A stretch of DNA of 64,000 nt from a virus, in IMG/VR virus record IMGVR_UViG_3300030104_005320, positions 51,904-115,903 of that record; one strand, written 5' to 3'. Positions 56,543-64,000 of this stretch are shown here, in pieces (positions within the stretch are counted from its first letter, which is position 1; every line of letters starts with the position of its first letter). The translations under genes were made by a program, and so were the position numbers. The notes beneath the pieces were generated by a model. The model made no database searches, was not told the DNA's origin, and saw nothing but the letters and a program-made list of their open reading frames with translations.

Positions 56543-56551
56543 ATGTACGCA
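56543..56551 (-). promoter_or_regulatory. candidate late-promoter motif TGCGTACAT (minus strand)
   Basis: Third copy of TGYGTAYAT, in the intergenic gap upstream of 55540-56508. Confidence 0.5.
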
Positions 56552-56565
56552 ATTTGCGATAAAAA

Positions 56566-57477
56566 TTAGCAAATACAGCTTGGTAATGAATCGTCTCCAT
56601 CATCCCCGCTTCCTGTTGTTGTATCGTCTGGACATCCAACCCATAAAGGAATCCACTCATAATTAATACGAACACAAACAACAAAAACCAGACCAGCAAC
56701 AGCGGGCTGGGTTAAACTCGGATCTCTATTGTGACAAACTATGGTTTCATCAAGAAGGCAGTTAGAAAGGGTTCCCCCTTCTGTAAAGCCATCTAATCTA
56801 AAAACCTTAAGAATGAAAGTTGTAGGTATGCAGGGGGTCGTGGGTGCCGAGATCGACCCCTCTAAAACCCCGCATAATATCTGAGGTCCACCTTGCCATA
56901 CCTTTCTCTCGTCATCCCATTGTAAATTGACTGGCCCCGTTTTCCACGTAGTTCTGTCTCCCGCTACTCTTTCGTCAAAAGAAAGAGCCTCTTCACCTTC
57001 GGCCCCTATGCTTGGAACGGGTCTGTCTGCTACATCAAATCCAAAACCAGAAAGAATCAGAGGCCCGCGTAAGCTGTTAACTTGAACAGTGCCTACCTCG
57101 CCTCGATCTTTCAGCTTTCTTATATTTAAGTCTCCTTCATCATCGCTCCTAACTGATACCCCATCATTTCCCATCATTTGAAAATCAGTTTCTTTAATCC
57201 AGTTAGAACCGTCATCTCCAAATACTTTAGAGAAATAAGGATTAAGCTCCGCAGCACCCGGACCAACTTGACCAGCACCAAAGCCAAAAGGACCGTCTTC
57301 CGCTTCGCCGCCAGAAGGCTGTTCAAAGCCCGGAGTAGCAGAAGATCCCACCTTTTTTATTTGTATTGGCGAAAATATTTGTTCTTGTGAATTAACACAG
57401 GTTCCGCCCGTGTTAGACGCAAACGTGCTAGCTTGATCTGCTAAAGAACCTTGCGAGCCGGATATGTCGGTGCCCAT
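56566..57477 (-). CDS. putative tail/baseplate protein
   Basis: GGAGG RBS; LRGPLILSGFG, WKTGPVNLQWD; lies in the tail module. Confidence 0.6.
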   Translation of the reverse strand: MGTDISGSQGSLADQASTFASNTGGTCVNSQEQIFSPIQIKKVGSSATPGFEQPSGGEAEDGPFGFGAGQVGPGAAELNPYFSKVFGDDGSNWIKETDFQMMGNDGVSVRSDDEGDLNIRKLKDRGEVGTVQVNSLRGPLILSGFGFDVADRPVPSIGAEGEEALSFDERVAGDRTTWKTGPVNLQWDDERKVWQGGPQILCGVLEGSISAPTTPCIPTTFILKVFRLDGFTEGGTLSNCLLDETIVCHNRDPSLTQPAVAGLVFVVCVRINYEWIPLWVGCPDDTTTGSGDDGDDSLPSCIC

Positions 57478-57498
57478 AATTTTTCCTCCTTTTTATGT

Positions 57499-60171
57499 CT
57501 ATGCGTGACCACCGGGATCTAATCCGGGTTGGCCAGCATTGCCGCCTCCGGACTTTCCTGTGTTATCAATATTAACATCGGCGTTTCCCTTTAAGCTAAA
57601 CGCGATACCGCTTATATCTGTCCTTGAAAATCTAGCCGCCAATGTGGCAAAGTCAGTTTTTTCAAACTTAATCTTCGGAAATGGTCTTTTCTCTATTCTG
57701 TCCCTGTTTCTTTTTGCTTGTGCAAAACTATTCTTGTTGATTCTTGCTATTCTATCTATGTTATACTTAGCAAGCTTACCAAAGTTTGGCGTCCATGTGT
57801 TAAATTTAAAGGTCGTTTTAATTCCGGAAGTATCAACACTGATATCCATATTAGTCACATAAGGCCCAGAAGAAGCAAATCTTTCTCCTATGTTTCCCTG
57901 TGGTGCCCCAACAACCTCTACCATACCGCTTTCCATTGCTGTCATTTTTGCAGTTCCCATCAAAGCCTGCGTGCGTCCTACCTCCTTAAGAGCATTATAA
58001 GAACCAAAGGTTTCTGGGGTCAGCGATTCATCTACAACAACTTCTGCTTTTCCCCGTAGACTCGTGCCTCCAAGCCAAGGCCCATATCTATGTCTTGTAT
58101 TCTCTTCTGGAATTCCAGCAAACTTCGGAGTAGCCACATCAGGAGGAATAGCAAACTGCAAACTTTGTTTTCCTGATGTTATATATTTGTCGGGAGTTAT
58201 ATTTAGATTGAAAAAGTATTTGGCGAGCACAGTCAATCCAAAGTCAGGGGTCGTAATCGCGTCAAAATATTTAACTTGACCACCAGTCTGGAAGTGAACA
58301 TAAAGCAAATTACTTCCTGAAAATTGAAAGAATTGATCTTTGCCCGGACTGCCTTTTGTAGATACAATAGTACCGGCGGCTGGGCCAAGTCCTATTCCAT
58401 AATCAGATCCTAAATTACTGTAATCATATCCAATCCCGGTCGGAAACGCAGACATCGCTTTAGTTTTACCTTCTCCGTCAAAAAACTCCAAATCTCTGCA
58501 CAGCTTAGTCTCGATAAACGCAGAGTCAGATATTTCGTTAGCTTTCCATACTTGAAACTCTCCCGGAGGGGCGTATAGCAATCTACCAATAGGAACACCA
58601 TTTACAAGGTCGGCAAGAAGAGGAACGACAAATTGTTGGCAGTAAAAATTATTGGCAACGCCAGATACTAATGAAAATATCTCATCAGCCTCCTCGTTTT
58701 TGCTTTTTAATGTTGATTTAAAAGCTGTTTGAAGATTGGTATTTATGAAGTCAAAACAATTAGCTGAACCGCTATTTAGCAACTTAAGAAAATCATTAGC
58801 CACGTCAAACTGTGCGGTCCAAGGGCATCGCAATATGTTATTTTCTCCGTTTGGCTCGACACCGGCAATAGTTTCAAATGTTTTGAATATTTCCCAACAC
58901 TCTTTACCGCCTAAAGCCATTCTGATTTCAAGCAGACTAGCGTAGTAATGCGGCGAGTTAAAATTGTTATTTCTTGTGAGCCTAATTGTTCTACTCCAGT
59001 CTGGCTTGTCGGGGCCAGCCCCAAATAAACTGGCACTAGAACCTTGTACATAATATCCGCTTCTAAGATTAGATGTCAACAATCCTCCATTCTCCATTTT
59101 GCCCCAAACAGGATAACATAAAGAAATAGGCACAAACTGATATCTGTCTCTAGTTGCCCCAACTACCATTTTTTGAGTCACATTATCTGCAAACTCTTGG
59201 CCTACGCTATAACTAATAACATTGCCGCTATCTTTTTCAGACGTTATATATTCTTGTATGGCTCCCGGATTTGGAGGAGCGGCTTTAGATACTATCTTTA
59301 TATTTACTTCGGCACTTTCAATCACTCCCCCTCCGTCATCGTACTGGGATTCGTAGTTCGTCTCATCAAAATCTTTATGTCTAACATCGTAGTAATAATC
59401 AAACTGCAAAGCGTCAGCCAGATCAGAAACAAGACCTTCTATAGAGAGCGTTGGGCCTTTCAATCTATAGCACTCCGGTGCCGAGTAAAAATTAGCCATA
59501 CCGTCAAAACCAGCAAATTTTGCCTCTCCCCATACGGAATCAATTATACTTTTAAGATTAGATATATTTAAATCAAAATCAGTTTCTTCAAACTGAATAG
59601 GGCCGCCAAATCCAGTGTCTCCAAACTCAGCCGAAGACGTATCATAATAAGGGGCTGAAGCTAATTTATCAAGTGCGTACAACAACATATTCACTTTGAG
59701 TCCAGCGGTATTAAAGTGCGAGCTACCAAAGAACCCATCCACATCATTTTCAAAAAATCCAAATATATTGTATACATTGGCTATATCGTCGTAATTAACC
59801 AGAGAGCCAGCGGCATTAGTTGTGGGAGTTTCTAGAGGGTGGAACAGATCGCTCATACCGTTAAACTCGCCTACGATAATCTGAACGCCATCCATCAACT
59901 TAGATGGAGACTCTAATATAACATCGTAAGTTCTTCCGCCGCTTACGCTTTCTTGGTAGGTCCATCTTTGAAAGATTCCGCCATAGTAAAAACTACCATA
60001 CTTAAAATAACAAGCACTTCCAACTGCGGGCAAAGTAATATTAACGCCGTTTTCTGGATCTTCTACTATTTTTAACTGCATACTGCCACCTTGGCCACCC
60101 CATCCAACACTGGTGGACAAACTAGAGACATACGCTCCAAACATTTTTACTGGATTTTGTGCTAGTTCCAT
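57499..60171 (-). CDS. large tail tip/baseplate hub-like protein
   Basis: 890 aa; downstream of the tape measure; C-terminal beta-rich GPYVTNMDISVD.SGIKTTFKF. Confidence 0.6.
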   Translation of the reverse strand: MELAQNPVKMFGAYVSSLSTSVGWGGQGGSMQLKIVEDPENGVNITLPAVGSACYFKYGSFYYGGIFQRWTYQESVSGGRTYDVILESPSKLMDGVQIIVGEFNGMSDLFHPLETPTTNAAGSLVNYDDIANVYNIFGFFENDVDGFFGSSHFNTAGLKVNMLLYALDKLASAPYYDTSSAEFGDTGFGGPIQFEETDFDLNISNLKSIIDSVWGEAKFAGFDGMANFYSAPECYRLKGPTLSIEGLVSDLADALQFDYYYDVRHKDFDETNYESQYDDGGGVIESAEVNIKIVSKAAPPNPGAIQEYITSEKDSGNVISYSVGQEFADNVTQKMVVGATRDRYQFVPISLCYPVWGKMENGGLLTSNLRSGYYVQGSSASLFGAGPDKPDWSRTIRLTRNNNFNSPHYYASLLEIRMALGGKECWEIFKTFETIAGVEPNGENNILRCPWTAQFDVANDFLKLLNSGSANCFDFINTNLQTAFKSTLKSKNEEADEIFSLVSGVANNFYCQQFVVPLLADLVNGVPIGRLLYAPPGEFQVWKANEISDSAFIETKLCRDLEFFDGEGKTKAMSAFPTGIGYDYSNLGSDYGIGLGPAAGTIVSTKGSPGKDQFFQFSGSNLLYVHFQTGGQVKYFDAITTPDFGLTVLAKYFFNLNITPDKYITSGKQSLQFAIPPDVATPKFAGIPEENTRHRYGPWLGGTSLRGKAEVVVDESLTPETFGSYNALKEVGRTQALMGTAKMTAMESGMVEVVGAPQGNIGERFASSGPYVTNMDISVDTSGIKTTFKFNTWTPNFGKLAKYNIDRIARINKNSFAQAKRNRDRIEKRPFPKIKFEKTDFATLAARFSRTDISGIAFSLKGNADVNIDNTGKSGGGNAGQPGLDPGGHA

Positions 60172-60172
60172 T

Positions 60173-61630
60173 TTAAATGTATACCCATTCTACTGTGAGA
60201 CTGTATGAACCAGTTTTAGGATTCCAAGTCTCGGTTTTGTTTTGTCTTTTGGCGGTAGTAGATGGCTTGTAAGGATTTACATACTCATCACCGTCTGGCT
60301 TTGTTCCTCTTTTGTCCTTCTTTAGAGTTATCTCATAAGTAACAGATCTAGTTTTCTCATTAGTGGTCGCCATATCCTGTATAACCGGCCCATCAGCTTT
60401 GGCTAAAACAGGAATTATTGCCACTATATTATTTCCGCCGTCTTGATTGTTATCTGTAATCTGTAGAGATTCAGTTAGAGCATCTTCGTTTTCTTTTGTT
60501 TCATTGGTGAAGCTTACACTATAGGAGCAAGTACCGGCAGCCTCATTACGGGTTTCGCTTTCTGATATAGCTTCTGCGTTAAGTGTAACACCAGACTCGC
60601 TATTGCAATAACTTGATGCGGTAGTTTTAACCATTGAAAGAGCATCTTCTGCATTAGCAAATTTTTCACTTGGGCTACTATTCCACATACCCTGAATATT
60701 AACATTCAAAGTCACAGTTGAAAAATCGTCTTCAGAATTATTCTCTATACTTAATTCCGCATCAATCATAAAAGGATCGACAGCCAATACCCATGTTTCT
60801 GTTACGCTGTAAGTTCCCGCTGTTAAATTTTGCGAAATGCTTTTTACATAGTTTCTGGGGTCACGAACGGTGCCACGATTCGTTAAACCATCAACGCTCA
60901 CTTTGGTATCAGTGCTTTGAGTACCATTTGCAGAAGAAGGATCGTAAAGTGCGGGACTTAGACCTGTGCCTTGAACCCTAGAATCTACCCACGCTTTTGC
61001 ATACTTATATCCCATTTTTGTAGAGATGTTTGTGTGTCCCGTGGCCGATATGGTGTGAGTTATAGTTATAGGCGAAACAGGCTGGAGTCCTGCGGCTAAA
61101 TTTTTCTTGTGTTGAACCTGATCTTCGCGTGTGCTCTCCCAAGTTTCTTCTATACTTTGAAGATTTTCACTAGGTGCATCGGCAGAATCTCCGCTAGTTG
61201 TCGTACTTGCGTCATACGCTTCAAATGTAAAGGAATATTCTTGGTATTGATTTCCTCCAGATTCTTCACTTTGCTCAGGAAGTTCAACGCTGACAACTCT
61301 GGCGTCAGTAAATGTTAGCGTGCCCGTTCCTCCGTAAGAAATTATTTCCAGAGTTCCAAGTTGTAGCTCCAGACCAAGAATGGTCTTCATGTGGGTGATA
61401 AGATCGGCTTGTCTAGCCCCGGCACTCGTCATTGATCCGGTAGCCATTACAGTACCGGTGACTGTAATATTAAACTTCTTAGACAACGGAATATTATCAG
61501 CTCTAAATCCCTCTGTGCTTATGCCGTAAGTAGGCATTGGGCCGTTAACGTCACCGTTAGAAGCCTGACCAATAACAAAGGCCGCTTGAACTTCGCCCTT
61601 TTGGTTTTTAGGTATAAAAACAACAGCCAT
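60173..61630 (-). CDS. putative tail protein
   Basis: Thr/Ser-rich, repeated GTYSVTETW/GTCSYSVSF/GSYSLTVEW strands. Confidence 0.6.
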   Translation of the reverse strand: MAVVFIPKNQKGEVQAAFVIGQASNGDVNGPMPTYGISTEGFRADNIPLSKKFNITVTGTVMATGSMTSAGARQADLITHMKTILGLELQLGTLEIISYGGTGTLTFTDARVVSVELPEQSEESGGNQYQEYSFTFEAYDASTTTSGDSADAPSENLQSIEETWESTREDQVQHKKNLAAGLQPVSPITITHTISATGHTNISTKMGYKYAKAWVDSRVQGTGLSPALYDPSSANGTQSTDTKVSVDGLTNRGTVRDPRNYVKSISQNLTAGTYSVTETWVLAVDPFMIDAELSIENNSEDDFSTVTLNVNIQGMWNSSPSEKFANAEDALSMVKTTASSYCNSESGVTLNAEAISESETRNEAAGTCSYSVSFTNETKENEDALTESLQITDNNQDGGNNIVAIIPVLAKADGPVIQDMATTNEKTRSVTYEITLKKDKRGTKPDGDEYVNPYKPSTTAKRQNKTETWNPKTGSYSLTVEWVYI

Positions 61631-61633
61631 AAT

Positions 61634-62776
61634 TTACTCCAAATAGCCTTTAGTATAAAGCGTAATATTGTTAGGTTGCGGATCTTTTGTGTTTCCTATG
61701 TTTAGACTAGCATCGCCCGTTTGACCGAAGACACCCGAATTCATATACAGAGGAATATTGCCACTTACCGCTCTACTGAATATGGCAAGTGTAGTAGTAC
61801 TACCGATATTAAAATCTTGTTTAACGGCAAGGTTCATTGATCCGCTTGACACAGGATTAGATTCTATAAATAAAGTTGAATTTTCATTAACGGCCCCGGC
61901 GTCTGCACCGGAAGAAAATAAAGTCGCCTCTTTGTTTACAGAAGCGAATACGCCAGAAACAAAAACAGTTGCTTGATTTACTCCGCTTCCTATTCGGTCT
62001 GCCTGTAAGTTCAAAGTCGCAGTCGCATTCTTGGGGCTGTACTCAGTTCCAGTAATGCGTAGATTTCCATCTTGCTGATAGCCAGAGGGAAAAGATTGAT
62101 CGTTAATAAATGTCAAAGTAGATGTATAGCTAGGAGGGTCGCTCCAAATACTAGTTTCAGAATCCCATCTAAAATGAATTTTATCATCGGGAGCAAAGTA
62201 TACTCCTGTAAGATCTAAATCTATGTATCCACTTCCGGCTTGACTTCCGGTTACAGCACGCAGTTGCCATTCTTCACCGCCGCTTGTAAATGGTGAGGCG
62301 GGATTGTAGGCAGAAACAGAAGCTCCTGTCTGCCAAGCACCAGACGCCGAACCTACTCTTTTGCTTAGTATATTATTATTTTTATCTCTGTGCTCGGCAC
62401 GAAAGAAAATGTATCCTTCTTCCCCTGCGTTTTTGTAAAAAATGTTTATTTTTTTGGTCTTTACGTCATAACCTCTTCTTGAAGAAGGGCCATAGTTAGT
62501 GACATCATCGCCCGTCGAGGACGAGGTTGGCGACCAATCATCATAAGACCCATCAGTAGAACTTATATATAAACTAGTATCAACATTAGAGGAGTCAGAA
62601 TTAGAATTGATAGTCAGAGGCATTGTCTCTGTTGGCGGCCTAGCCATAAACAATGATATGTCGCCGCTAGATGCCGTTGGCCCCTCAATATACAACGTGC
62701 CACTACCTATGATATCAGGGGCACCTCTGATAACTAGGTTCGTTGTTTTTATGGGGTTTCCTAATATTACTGGCAT
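61634..62776 (-). CDS. repeat-containing Ser/Thr-rich virion protein
   Basis: Imperfect short repeats (TLYIEG, SLFMAR, SLYISS, TVFVSG, TLFSSG, TLFIES, PLYMNS, TLYTKG) around an inserted domain. Confidence 0.6.
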   Translation of the reverse strand: MPVILGNPIKTTNLVIRGAPDIIGSGTLYIEGPTASSGDISLFMARPPTETMPLTINSNSDSSNVDTSLYISSTDGSYDDWSPTSSSTGDDVTNYGPSSRRGYDVKTKKINIFYKNAGEEGYIFFRAEHRDKNNNILSKRVGSASGAWQTGASVSAYNPASPFTSGGEEWQLRAVTGSQAGSGYIDLDLTGVYFAPDDKIHFRWDSETSIWSDPPSYTSTLTFINDQSFPSGYQQDGNLRITGTEYSPKNATATLNLQADRIGSGVNQATVFVSGVFASVNKEATLFSSGADAGAVNENSTLFIESNPVSSGSMNLAVKQDFNIGSTTTLAIFSRAVSGNIPLYMNSGVFGQTGDASLNIGNTKDPQPNNITLYTKGYLE

Positions 62777-62780
62777 CTTA

Positions 62781-64000
62781 TTATCCTGCTTCAAAATCCT
62801 TATTTAATCTTTGATCTAATTCGTTAGCAATTATTTCTGAAATCTTCGGAGTAATCGCGTCTGCAATCATATTCTTGAGATGATCGCCGTTTTGTATGTT
62901 AAAGGCAAGAGTCATGTCACCGCTGAATACATGGTTTAATGTCATCCCCTGCCCAATGGCTGTAGCTAATCCATTCATCGCCGTAGAAACAAGAGAGAAT
63001 TGTGCTACTACATTATCAACGCTTGATTGGAAATTTGCAGAAAAACCTGCAAGAGTTTCTTGAAGTTGTGAAGAATCGATAGTTAAAGCAGCAGATCCGC
63101 CTCCTTCTGCTCCAGAGCTACCATTTGCCCTGTAGGCAACGCCACCAACCAAGCCTCCACGTCTGAATCCTTTTACTTTTCCTCTATTTAGATTTCTCAT
63201 AAATCCAACGCCGTGTTTTTGAACGGCCTCTGGACTCATAACGAACTCTCCGGGGGTGAGCATAGCAGGGACACTATCGTTTCCAGAAACACCGCCCCCC
63301 GTATTCATGTAAACCCCTGTCTGTTTCAACCTATTTATCGCCTCAGCCACTGTTTTACCTAACGTTTTGCCGGTCAATTCTGACTTTTGTGTTGCGACAA
63401 CCTCTTGGTCTGGATCGCCCATGCCTTCAACTGATTGTTGTGCAGCAAAGAATTCTTTCAGATCAGCCGAGCCGGGAGTCAACTTGGCGTCAAGATATGC
63501 CTCGACTGATCGTTCCATTCGCCCAATTTTGCTAACTTCACGCTGTATCAATCCGCCAAAATTTGTACCCGTAGCCTTTTTGATAACCGCCGACGCAAGC
63601 TGCTCGGTCTTGTTTATCGTTCCACCTGTGTAGAAAGGTTCCAATCGGTCAGTTATAAGTGATAATTGCGACTTATAATTCTTGGCACGAGCCCTCGAAT
63701 CATCGTCGGTTCGGCGAGGGTCAAAAGGGGGTGGCTTAAGACCAATACCGCCAGCCGAAGCAGACACGAGAAGGGGAGATTGTGCAATTGCATCTAACGC
63801 ATTAGCCGTTCCTCTACCGGCAACAACTCTATTTAGATTAAATTCACCCTTACTGGACAATAGCCGTATATCTCTAGCGGCTGCCTCGAAGCCGGCATCG
63901 TTGGGAAATTCCGATTTTATAAAACTAGCAAGATTTTTACCCGTACCAAAAGCACGCATGGAATTCCTAACCAACTGTAAATACTGGCTGCCACTCATAT
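62781..64000 (-). CDS. tape measure protein, C-terminal part (runs off the window)
   Basis: GG.VSG.DSVPAMLTPGEFVMSPEAV...G..FM..LN motif common near the C-terminus of tape measure proteins; Ala/Gly-rich helices. Confidence 0.75.
   Translation of the reverse strand, partial: MSGSQYLQLVRNSMRAFGTGKNLASFIKSEFPNDAGFEAAARDIRLLSSKGEFNLNRVVAGRGTANALDAIAQSPLLVSASAGGIGLKPPPFDPRRTDDDSRARAKNYKSQLSLITDRLEPFYTGGTINKTEQLASAVIKKATGTNFGGLIQREVSKIGRMERSVEAYLDAKLTPGSADLKEFFAAQQSVEGMGDPDQEVVATQKSELTGKTLGKTVAEAINRLKQTGVYMNTGGGVSGNDSVPAMLTPGEFVMSPEAVQKHGVGFMRNLNRGKVKGFRRGGLVGGVAYRANGSSGAEGGGSAALTIDSSQLQETLAGFSANFQSSVDNVVAQFSLVSTAMNGLATAIGQGMTLNHVFSGDMTLAFNIQNGDHLKNMIADAITPKISEIIANELDQRLNKDFEAG

Noticed and set aside
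1645-63633. Many short antisense or alternate-frame ORFs in the ORF track (e.g. 1667-1960, 3400-3780, 32538-32924, 57539-57862)
   Set aside because: They lie wholly within well-supported genes, lack motifs and RBSs, and look like shadow ORFs
1-64000. Alternative genetic code (stop-codon reassignment)
   Set aside because: Conserved proteins are full length in the standard code, coding density is very high, and TAA, TAG and TGA all end genes at sensible positions
1-64000. tRNA, rRNA, integrase or transposase genes
   Set aside because: None recognised; intergenic gaps are few and short and show no cloverleaf signatures by eye (tRNAscan-SE would confirm)
1-64000. Eukaryotic giant virus origin suggested by GNA1/GT7/GT10-like genes
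   Set aside because: Sigma factor, DnaE/DnaB/DnaG/RecA, Shine-Dalgarno sites, overlapping operons and a tape measure gene all indicate a bacteriophage

Overview
This is a 64 kb segment of a large tailed dsDNA bacteriophage genome (uncultured-lineage type; the host cannot be assigned from sequence alone). It is almost fully coding in the standard genetic code. The plus strand carries: a phage sigma factor and a few virion/membrane genes; a nucleotide-metabolism block (nrdA, nrdB, thyX, MazG-like, phoH) interleaved with two hexosamine genes (glmS and a GNA1-like acetyltransferase); and a replication/recombination block (RecA, DnaB, DnaG, dNMP kinase, Cas4/AddB-like nuclease, SSB, and a DnaE polymerase split into two intein-free genes with a DEDDh proofreading exonuclease between the halves). 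From ~24.6 to ~55.4 kb lies a ~31 kb glycan-biosynthesis island. It holds roughly 18-20 glycosyltransferase-like genes or domains, GDP-fucose synthase, split HldE-like heptose enzymes, nucleotidyltransferase fusions, methyltransferases, two sulfotransferases and WavE-like proteins. Its minus-strand arm (GT13-like/GT7 fusion, GT10 fucosyltransferase fusion, two GLGD-motif paralogues) lies directly downstream of the tail/tape-measure genes. The best candidate for a new system is a largely autonomous phage glycosylation pathway, possibly decorating the virion with eukaryote-like (LacNAc/Lewis-type, sulfated or methylated) glycans. All family assignments come from motif recognition by eye; no database search was run.
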